A stretch of 44,033 nucleotides of DNA from a virus, in the UHGV virus genome UHGV-0039449. The stretch is one strand, 5' to 3'. The position numbers were made by a program, and so were the translations under genes. The notes beneath the pieces were generated by a model that was not told the DNA's origin, searched no databases, and saw only the letters and a program-made list of their open reading frames with translations. Shown in pieces: positions 26,679 through 34,055 of this stretch (positions are counted from its first letter, which is position 1; every line of letters starts with the position of its first letter).

Positions 26679-28477
26679 GTTACTTTGGCCTTAATCCAGT
26701 AAACCAGAATCAGCAGCTTGACGAAGCAGTATCAAATCCAGCTGGCTTTAACAGCGATGTTGGTTTTTTCGACAATGCTGTAGGAGCGGCATTGTCTGGT
26801 TTGTACTCCGGGCTGGTGGCAAAGCCAGATCAGTTGCTATGGGCAGGGATGGATAAAATCGTATCCCCGATTGCTCAGTTTGTTAACGAAAACACCTCGC
26901 TCAATGACACTTCAGTTTCATACATTGCCGAGCAGAGAAAACTAGCAGAGCAGCAGGTTAAGCGGCTGACGCCTGATGCCGCGACAACCGGAACCGCCGG
27001 GCAGGTTCTTTATGGGTTGTTCGATATGGGCGGGCAGGCTGTTGTCGGTACAACGCTCGGTGGTCCTGTCGGAGGTGCAGCGGCGGTAACTTCGCTACAG
27101 GGTTTTTCTGAGTTTGAACGGCTGACAGCACAGGGTGTTGATTTCAGGACAGCGCAGGAAGCGGGATTAGTGCAGGGCATTACTGCTGGGGCCGGGACAT
27201 TGATCCCTATGAGCCTCGGGTTACGTGCTGGTGGTGCGCTGGCGGAAGGTGTGGCGGCTCAGCTCGCGCGGACGGGTGAAAGTTCAGTACGACGCGCCGC
27301 AGCAACAGCAGTACGTGCAACGCCAGATATTGCCTATGCCGCAGGTACAAATATTGCGTTCGGTATGGCACAGCGTGGGCTTACTGCAAAAACGCTTCGT
27401 GATGGTGGCTATAGCGAAATGGCTAACCAGTATGATGTGTTGGATCGACAGGCAATTGCTATTGATGCTGTTCTTGGGGTGGCGTTTGGTGGTGTCGGCA
27501 GATTTATTAACTCTCGCGGCGAGTCTACAAACGCACCAAATTTTTCACCAGTTGATATCGATGCTGCACTGGCGGCGAATGCCGCTCATCATGCTGAAAT
27601 TGATATTGCGCCCGGCGTGCCGATCAACGTGCTTTCGCGCAATTCTCACATTCAGGCTCTGCGAAAAGCTATGTCTGATGTTAGCCAGGGGAGACCTGTA
27701 GACGTTGCCAGCATTGTTGAGTCTGCATCTTTCAGTGAAATTCCTGGGCGCAAGAGTCTGCTGTCTCAGGCAGTTAATGAGGCTCTGTCATCTGTAGATG
27801 ATGGAGTAACGGCGCGCGCTATAGAAAATCGGTTGCTTGAAGAACAGGCCGCGCAGCTTTTGCCGCGTGGAGATAGACAGGTTTACCAGTCTGAAATCGC
27901 TAATAGCCAACGAATTATTGAAAATCTCACTGAACAGCGTGCACAAATTCTTGCAGAAGAGCCAACCGGTAGCGGTAAAGCTTTGTCTCGTGCTCGATCA
28001 GATAAACAGGCCAGACTTCGCGATATTGATCAACGAATCCGGCAGGCACAAGAACGCCTGGAATTTTCCCGTAACGCGTTGGCACCGCACGAGCCTGGCG
28101 GTCAGCTTTTTGAAGCTCGAGCAGAACTGGCTCGGAGACAGCAGGCAGAAAGTGAACTTAATGCTCAGGCTGTTTCATTCTATAAAACAGCAGAGGTCAG
28201 GACGCCAGACGAAGTAGCTCCTTTTGAGCCTGATAAAATATTGCAACAGGCAGAACAAAAAATGATGTCAGATAAGGCAGGAGATATTGATCTGCGCATA
28301 GCTGAAGACTCGCTGCTTGAATCACCTGACATGATAATCACCGTGCTGGATGATGATGGTAATCCACAATCGCGCAGCGCGCGTGAAGTACTGGATGAAG
28401 CGAACAGGGAAAGTGAGCAGGCAATACAGGATTCCAGCCTGTTTGATGTCGCTGTGGCGTGTTTCTTGAGAGGTTAA
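26675..28477 (+). CDS. Internal virion / ejection protein
   Basis: 600 aa, Ala/Gly-rich N-terminal half and coiled-coil C-terminus; overlap-coupled. Confidence 0.55.
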   Translation: MSYFGLNPVNQNQQLDEAVSNPAGFNSDVGFFDNAVGAALSGLYSGLVAKPDQLLWAGMDKIVSPIAQFVNENTSLNDTSVSYIAEQRKLAEQQVKRLTPDAATTGTAGQVLYGLFDMGGQAVVGTTLGGPVGGAAAVTSLQGFSEFERLTAQGVDFRTAQEAGLVQGITAGAGTLIPMSLGLRAGGALAEGVAAQLARTGESSVRRAAATAVRATPDIAYAAGTNIAFGMAQRGLTAKTLRDGGYSEMANQYDVLDRQAIAIDAVLGVAFGGVGRFINSRGESTNAPNFSPVDIDAALAANAAHHAEIDIAPGVPINVLSRNSHIQALRKAMSDVSQGRPVDVASIVESASFSEIPGRKSLLSQAVNEALSSVDDGVTARAIENRLLEEQAAQLLPRGDRQVYQSEIANSQRIIENLTEQRAQILAEEPTGSGKALSRARSDKQARLRDIDQRIRQAQERLEFSRNALAPHEPGGQLFEARAELARRQQAESELNAQAVSFYKTAEVRTPDEVAPFEPDKILQQAEQKMMSDKAGDIDLRIAEDSLLESPDMIITVLDDDGNPQSRSAREVLDEANRESEQAIQDSSLFDVAVACFLRG

Positions 28478-28482
28478 ATTAA

Positions 28483-30957
28483 ATGAGACAGGAATGTATA
28501 CAAGCGGTCCAGCAGGCGGCGCAGCGCACGTTAACGGCGCGAGAAATACAGAACATTGAAGACCGCATTTATCGAAATATGCGCTCTATTGCTCGTGATG
28601 ACCCGATGTCGTGGAGACAACTTTCCGAATCAGAGCGGCTATATCGTGCAGCACAATTGGCATCTGAAGAATTACAGCGAGAAGCGGCATTAAAGAAACG
28701 TCGTGTGGCCCTCACTATAGCCGCACGTCAGAGATTGGATAAATTTATCAATAGCTATCAAGGGGCTGATGGGAAACTTGGCGCTCTTAACCGTACTATT
28801 GCTTTTAATGCAGACGGTAAATCGAATTTCCTCTCTGTTGAATCCAGAACAAAAGCCACCCGTGATTATGCATTGAGTCAATTGCAGGAGGCATTCGAAG
28901 CAGTTGATCCTCGCTTTTTTGGTCTGTTTGAAGATGAAGCTGGCGTACGTGACCTGGTATATGAAATGCGGGGGCAAAATACTGGCAATGCTAAAGCAAG
29001 AAAAGGTGCTAAGGCGTGGAGAGAAGTTACAGAGCTGCTGCGCCGCCGGTTTAATGATGCTGGTGGGGACATTGGCTATCTCGAAAACTGGGGGATCCCT
29101 CAACATCATTCTATGGAAAAGGTTGGGGCGGTATCAAAAGATAAATGGGTTAGCGATGTTATAGGTAAGCTGGATCGCAAATATTATACCCGAGCCGATG
29201 GACAACTGATGAACGATGCCGAGTTGTCTGCATTTCTTGGAGAGGCTTATAACACGATCGCTACTGGTGGGTTGAATAAGCTTACTGATACCGGAATGCG
29301 AATTTCCGGCGCACGTGCTAACCGTGGTAATGCATCACGACAGATACATTTCAAAGATGCAGATTCCTATCTTCAATATCAGCAACTTTATGGCGATCGC
29401 TCTCTATGGGAAATCATGGTCGGTCACCTGGAAGGTATCAGTAAAGATATTGCACTGGTGGAAACATATGGCCCAAACCCCGATCATGTTTTCCGCTCTC
29501 TTCTTGATCAGGTGAAGGCAGAAACGGCAACAGCTAACCCGAGTAAAACCGGTAAAGTCGAGCGGCTGGCGAACAACACAGAGAATCTGTACAACTTTAT
29601 TTCCGGAAAGACACAGCCTGTAGCGAATCCGCACATCGCGCGATGGTCTGACAATATCCGCAACTGGCTGGTTGCCAGCAGACTCGGATCCGCGTTGCTG
29701 TCATCGTTCTCTGATCTTGGAACCATGTATCTGTCTGCGAAGGTTACCAACCTTCCAATGAACCAGTTATTCCGCAACCAGCTTGAAGCTATGGACCCAA
29801 CGAACCGTACAGAACTTGCGCGGGCGCGCCGCGCTGGTCTGGCGATGGAATCTCTACTTGGCAGCGTTAACCGCTGGGCGATGGATAATATGGGGCCGTC
29901 TGTGTCTCGTTGGGCTGCAACGGCGGTAATGCGTGCCAGTGGGCTTACAGCATGGTCAGATGCGCACAAGCGCGCCTATGGCGTAACCATGATGGGAAGC
30001 TTGGGAGAAGTAGTGTCACGGACACCAGACCTTCGTAGCCTCGATGATTCTGATTTTCGTATCCTGAAAAGCAAAGGGATTACTGACACAGACTGGAGCG
30101 TATGGAAGCTGGCGCAACAGGAGGACTGGGGGAACGGCAATAATACGATGCTGACACCGGAAAGCATTATGCGTATCCCTGATTCAGCAGTTAAACATCT
30201 TGGTGAGCCTGAACGCGTGAAATTTGAGGCAATGCGTAAACTGCTCGGTGCCGTAACTGAAGAAGTTGATATGGCTGTTATTACACCGGGAGCACGTGAG
30301 CAACTGATAACCGGTTCTGGTATTCAGCGTGGAACATGGAAAGGTGAATTAACGAGAAGTGTTTTCCTGTTTAAATCGTTCCCTATCTCGGTGGTTATGC
30401 GTCACTGGTCACGCGCTATGGGTATGCCGTCTGCTGGTGGGCGTGCGGCATATATTGCGACGTTTATTGCCAGTACGACCATTCTTGGCGCTTTGTCGCA
30501 GCAACTTAACGACCTTGCGTCTGGTCGTAATCCTCGCGAGATGACAGGAGAAGATGCTGCTAAATTTTGGCTTGGTGCTCTACTGAAAGGTGGTGGTCTT
30601 GGCCTTTACGGTGACTTTTTATTGTCAGATCACACTAGGTACGGAAGCGGCGCGCTGGCGTCGATGCTTGGCCCGGTAGCTGGTCTGGTTGATGACGTAG
30701 TGAAGATTGCTCAGGGCATACCGTTAAATGCTGTGGAAGGGAAGAGTGAGCAGACTGGTGGTGATCTGGTGAAGCTGGGGAAAGGTTTGATGCCTGGTGC
30801 GAATCTCTGGTACTTGAAGGCGGCTCTCGATCACATGATCTTTAACCAGATGCAGGAGTATTTTTCACCAGGCTATTTGCGTAAAATGGAGCAACGTTCG
30901 AAGAAAGAGTTTAACCAGACATACTGGTGGCGACCACAGGATGTCACTCCGCAATAA
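28483..30957 (+). CDS. Internal virion / ejection protein (large)
   Basis: 824 aa; last gene of the late operon before an AT-rich moron segment. Confidence 0.55.
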   Translation: MRQECIQAVQQAAQRTLTAREIQNIEDRIYRNMRSIARDDPMSWRQLSESERLYRAAQLASEELQREAALKKRRVALTIAARQRLDKFINSYQGADGKLGALNRTIAFNADGKSNFLSVESRTKATRDYALSQLQEAFEAVDPRFFGLFEDEAGVRDLVYEMRGQNTGNAKARKGAKAWREVTELLRRRFNDAGGDIGYLENWGIPQHHSMEKVGAVSKDKWVSDVIGKLDRKYYTRADGQLMNDAELSAFLGEAYNTIATGGLNKLTDTGMRISGARANRGNASRQIHFKDADSYLQYQQLYGDRSLWEIMVGHLEGISKDIALVETYGPNPDHVFRSLLDQVKAETATANPSKTGKVERLANNTENLYNFISGKTQPVANPHIARWSDNIRNWLVASRLGSALLSSFSDLGTMYLSAKVTNLPMNQLFRNQLEAMDPTNRTELARARRAGLAMESLLGSVNRWAMDNMGPSVSRWAATAVMRASGLTAWSDAHKRAYGVTMMGSLGEVVSRTPDLRSLDDSDFRILKSKGITDTDWSVWKLAQQEDWGNGNNTMLTPESIMRIPDSAVKHLGEPERVKFEAMRKLLGAVTEEVDMAVITPGAREQLITGSGIQRGTWKGELTRSVFLFKSFPISVVMRHWSRAMGMPSAGGRAAYIATFIASTTILGALSQQLNDLASGRNPREMTGEDAAKFWLGALLKGGGLGLYGDFLLSDHTRYGSGALASMLGPVAGLVDDVVKIAQGIPLNAVEGKSEQTGGDLVKLGKGLMPGANLWYLKAALDHMIFNQMQEYFSPGYLRKMEQRSKKEFNQTYWWRPQDVTPQ

Positions 30958-30968
30958 AAGGAGATATG

Positions 30969-31091
30969 ATGGTTCAAATAACTTTTATTGTACTAATATG
31001 TGCAGCGTTTTTATGCTATTCATACATTTTGATAAAAATGGGTTTCAATTGGAATCTCTGTTGCGTGCAGCGGCATGGTTCGGCTTTGTAG
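30969..31091 (+). CDS. Small hydrophobic peptide (about 40 aa), tentative
   Basis: Hand-translated MVQITFIVLICAAFLCYSYILIKMGFNWNLCCVQRHGSAL; strong AAGGAG RBS 5 nt upstream; AT-rich. Confidence 0.3.
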   Translation: MVQITFIVLICAAFLCYSYILIKMGFNWNLCCVQRHGSAL

Positions 31092-31176
31092 TATTCGGAA
31101 TTGTATTGTTCGGAAGAATAATAAAATAACTAGTTAATTTGTGGATTGGTGCTGTTTTTCCATGATAGGGGTAATT

Positions 31177-31557
31177 ATGAGAAAAGTATTTTTGATTTTT
31201 GGATTTATGCTTCTCGTTGGATGCCAGTCAGCTGCACAGTTTGAAAGAAATATGCTTACGTGGCGCGGGCAGAGTATAGACGCAATGGTTCAGCAGTGGG
31301 GGTATCCTCAGGGAGAGCTTACATCTCCAGATGGAAACAGAGTGTATGTTTACTCAAGCTCTGGTAGTTATAACGTACCACAAACCACAACGTATAATAC
31401 TACGTCTAATCTAATTGGTAATACTATATATTCAAACACATACGCAACAACTGATGGCGGTTATACACTCCATTTCAGTTGCTCTGTTTACGTTGAGTTT
31501 GGTGCTGATAAGATTATTAAAAATGTTACATGGCGCGGTAATAATTGCGTTGCGTGA
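31177..31557 (+). CDS. Lipoprotein of unknown function (moron)
   Basis: 126 aa; signal peptide plus lipobox MRKVFLIFGFMLLVGC; S/T/N/Y-rich mature part; AT-rich; followed by a terminator. Confidence 0.55.
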   Translation: MRKVFLIFGFMLLVGCQSAAQFERNMLTWRGQSIDAMVQQWGYPQGELTSPDGNRVYVYSSSGSYNVPQTTTYNTTSNLIGNTIYSNTYATTDGGYTLHFSCSVYVEFGADKIIKNVTWRGNNCVA

Positions 31558-31566
31558 CATGTCACA
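31552..31566. promoter_or_regulatory. Palindromic element GCGTGACATGTCACA (copy 2, inverted)
   Basis: Same palindrome overlapping the TGA stop of the lipoprotein gene, directly followed by a terminator; reverse complement matches copy 1 at 14 of 15 positions. Confidence 0.4.
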
Positions 31567-31590
31567 GGCCGCTTTCGCGGCCTTGTTTTT
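31566..31590 (+). terminator. Rho-independent terminator after the lipoprotein gene
   Basis: AGGCCGC-TTTC-GCGGCCT followed by TGTTTTT. Confidence 0.65.
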
Positions 31591-31750
31591 AACGAATGCC
31601 ACCGCCACCCGGGCGGGAATCCGCAGAACGCCCACCGCAGCGGGAGCCGTCAGCAGCAGTGTCGCTGTCGTGCTGACAACGACCGGCAAAGGCCTGAGTT
31701 GAAGCTACCAGAGACAACAAAACGAACAGTGCAGCAAATGCTTTTTTCAT
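31589..31750 (-). CDS. Small secreted peptide, tentative
   Basis: MKKAFAALFVLLSLVASTQAFA signal-like N-terminus then a Gly/Arg-rich tail with two Cys; weak RBS. Confidence 0.25.
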   Translation of the reverse strand: MKKAFAALFVLLSLVASTQAFAGRCQHDSDTAADGSRCGGRSADSRPGGGGIR

Positions 31751-31822
31751 TGTGAAATTTCCATCTATAAGCCACCTCAATGTGGCGTCAATGAGTGTAG
31801 CACTGACTTTTGTTTCGTCCAC

Positions 31823-31843
31823 AAAAAAGCCCGCGCTGCGGGC
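31823..31843 (-). terminator. Rho-independent terminator after the 210-aa gene
   Basis: Minus strand GCCCGC-AGC-GCGGGC followed by TTTTTT. Confidence 0.65.
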
Positions 31844-31848
31844 TTCTA

Positions 31849-32481
31849 TTAATGCAGTTTATCTTTGCTTATAACCAGTAGTCTGTGGGTATGCACATCT
31901 TTATCACTGCCCCAACAGAAATCAGCCCACTGGCTATAGAAATCATCCCATGATGTCATGAAGCTAAGAGGTCTATCTTCTTCAGAGCCATCTGAAACGT
32001 ATACATTATATCCTGGGGTGTTTATAGCCCAAGAAATCATTCTTTCCCAGAATCTTCTCCCATCGATTGTTTGTTGCTCATCAGATACAACGATCGCATA
32101 TTGCTCTAGGAAGAACTGAAAAAAAATCTGAGGCAAACCATGAACAGCACGGTCATGAATAACATTAGGCGTACGCCATACCATGATCTGCGTACATGTT
32201 CTTTTGGCTTCGACGATATCTTCCCGAAAGATTAACTTAACCGCATACACCGTTTCTGGAGTATCGCTGGTAGTAATCATTCTGTAATGATCGCCATTAC
32301 AAGATTTTACAAGGCGATAACCATAAGGTGTTGTGAATCCCGGAAGAACGAAATCAACCACACCTTTCGCTAAGTAGCTTTCGGTGTGACTAGTGTTCTT
32401 CTCAGACATGTTCAGTTTTCTATCGAAATCTGCTTCTGGGATAATGTATGGCATCGCTTTTCTTGTTGTATTTGTTCTCAT
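31849..32481 (-). CDS. Hypothetical protein (210 aa) of unknown function
   Basis: GGGAGG RBS 5 nt upstream; perfect TTACC-N5-GGTAA site about 60 nt upstream; own terminator; no recognisable domain. Confidence 0.5.
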   Translation of the reverse strand: MRTNTTRKAMPYIIPEADFDRKLNMSEKNTSHTESYLAKGVVDFVLPGFTTPYGYRLVKSCNGDHYRMITTSDTPETVYAVKLIFREDIVEAKRTCTQIMVWRTPNVIHDRAVHGLPQIFFQFFLEQYAIVVSDEQQTIDGRRFWERMISWAINTPGYNVYVSDGSEEDRPLSFMTSWDDFYSQWADFCWGSDKDVHTHRLLVISKDKLH

Positions 32482-32539
32482 TTCGTCCTCCCATGTTTGG
32501 CTACAGGACGCGTTTTGAAGGGAAGATTAAAAATGCTTT

Positions 32540-32554
32540 CTTACCCTTGAGGTA
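32540..32554. promoter_or_regulatory. Palindromic site TTACC-CTTGA-GGTAA upstream of the 210-aa gene
   Basis: Perfect site about 60 nt upstream of the minus-strand start at 32481. Confidence 0.5.
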
Positions 32555-32627
32555 ATAGTACGCTATTCACCCCCAGTCTGCAATCTGTACAGAATTATTT
32601 AAAGGCACATCCCTGTGCCGCCGCCCG

Positions 32628-33284
32628 TCAGAAGAACCCTGCCTTGTCGTTGATGTACTCCGCGTGCGTCTGGATATCACGCAGGCATTTGCTCACACCA
32701 ACGATGTAGCAGAACATGGTGGTCAGCTCCGCCGCCGCGCCCGATACGTCGTGCCCGTCGTCCTGTAACTGGTTCAGCAGATTCATCAGCAGTGAGTTCT
32801 CCGTCAGGCCGAGAACACCAGACGGCGAGTGAATCAGGCTGCGGTAGCCGGGCTTCAGTGGGGCACTGTATTCTTTTTTGTCTTCCAGCTTGATCGCCTC
32901 CATAATGGCGGGCATGAAGCCTGACAAGACCTTCTCCACTTTTGTTTCTTGTTGTCTTAAACGTTTCTCGCATTCAATGAAGTAGCGTCGCACCTGGCGA
33001 CCTTTTTCGTTACGCTCGACCATCGCCAGCTCTTTGGCTGTATCAAGGGTGAGGTGGTACTCTTTGCGGTTGTGGCCGCCTCTACCAGATGTTTGCTTTC
33101 CCAAATTGGAAAGCAAAATATAGTCTTGATTTTCAATGAATTCGTATTCTGATATGCGATTTGTAATCCATGCTGCAAACACCTTTTTAACACCTAAAAA
33201 AGCGTGCAGATCGCGGGCATTACAAAGTAGGGCTGTTTCGTTAGATATAGTGCCGTTGAATACGGGGATGAGTTGAGCGTTCAT
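32628..33284 (-). CDS. Phage antirepressor (AntA-type N-terminal domain)
   Basis: 218 aa; [32 protein letters not shown]...[33 protein letters not shown] matches the AntA/AntB N-domain; GGAG RBS. Confidence 0.7.
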   Translation of the reverse strand: MNAQLIPVFNGTISNETALLCNARDLHAFLGVKKVFAAWITNRISEYEFIENQDYILLSNLGKQTSGRGGHNRKEYHLTLDTAKELAMVERNEKGRQVRRYFIECEKRLRQQETKVEKVLSGFMPAIMEAIKLEDKKEYSAPLKPGYRSLIHSPSGVLGLTENSLLMNLLNQLQDDGHDVSGAAAELTTMFCYIVGVSKCLRDIQTHAEYINDKAGFF

Positions 33285-33442
33285 GATGGCGTCTCCACTT
33301 AGCGAATTACATCACCACCGCTGAGACCAATCAGATGGTGGTGAACTGAACGGAGTTGGTCTTACCGGCCTAAGTGGTACCGGCGTCCTTTCGGACCCCC
33401 ATTCAGCCCACCATAATTCTGGCATGACTGTGCTATACGCAT

Positions 33443-33465
33443 AAAAAAACCACGTCTGGCGTGGT
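33443..33465 (-). terminator. Terminator-like hairpin upstream of ant
   Basis: Minus strand ACCACGCC-AGA-CGTGGT region followed by TTTTTTTAT. Confidence 0.45.
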
Positions 33466-33555
33466 ATGCGCCACTTAGTAATCCGGGAGACCAATCCCGG
33501 CACTGGATTTTGCCAGTGCCCGATTACTATGGCACAAGAGGAGTGCGATGTAAAT

Positions 33556-33570
33556 TTACCGCAAAGGTAA
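33556..33570. promoter_or_regulatory. Palindromic site TTACC-GCAAA-GGTAA between the small Ant paralogue and ant
   Basis: Perfect site in the long leader region upstream of ant. Confidence 0.45.
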
Positions 33571-33601
33571 ATATAAGCACTCCATTTGGTAATTTCAAAC
33601 C

Positions 33602-33874
33602 TTATCTGGTTTGTTTTCGTAATTGTTCGGCACAATAGTCGAGATGTGTTTGCAGATCCTGCATAGACATCTGTGAGCTGGTGACGTAGTTAATCAGTGC
33701 AGTCAGTTCGGCAAGTGGGCCATCGACATTAAATCCATCCTTATCGAGATCCCGGAGTAATTTCATCAAGTGCGATCCCTCCACCAGTGACCTGACGCCT
33801 CCCGGCGTGTGAATCCTTTCGGTAAATCCCTCTTCCAGTGGATAGTGATACTGCTGCATCTTAATCTTCTCCAT
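33602..33874 (-). CDS. Small protein paralogous to the antirepressor C-terminal domain; candidate SOS-inducible antirepressor
   Basis: Aligns by eye to Ant residues about 150-210 (TPGGVRSLVEGSHLMKLLRDLDKDGFNVDGPLAELTALINYV vs [42 protein letters not shown]). Likely start is the second ATG at 33859; LexA-like box 33880-33899 just upstream. Confidence 0.5.
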   Translation of the reverse strand: MEKIKMQQYHYPLEEGFTERIHTPGGVRSLVEGSHLMKLLRDLDKDGFNVDGPLAELTALINYVTSSQMSMQDLQTHLDYCAEQLRKQTR

Positions 33875-33879
33875 GCAAT

Positions 33880-33899
33880 AACTGTATATTTATACAGTA
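33880..33899. promoter_or_regulatory. LexA (SOS) box-like sequence AACTGTATATTTATACAGTA
   Basis: CTGT-N8-ACAG with AT-rich spacer, 18 of 20 matches to the E. coli LexA consensus as I recall it; 20-40 nt upstream of the small Ant-paralogue start. Confidence 0.6.
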
Positions 33900-33936
33900 G
33901 CAAATAATTTGTTTGCTATCCAGCACGTTTTGCAAA

Positions 33937-33951
33937 TCACCTGAAAGGTAA
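33937..33951. promoter_or_regulatory. Palindromic site TCACC-TGAAA-GGTAA in the divergent region before the tailspike gene
   Basis: Four of five left-half matches, perfect right half; a further half-site GGTAA lies at 33997-34001. Confidence 0.4.
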
Positions 33952-34055
33952 TATCTATTCGAATTCACAGCCTTTCTATCCATATGTGGTTTTTCAGGTA
34001 ATAGAATAACCAGATATGCGGCGCAACGGGTGCTGCGATTATCTGGAGATTTAAC

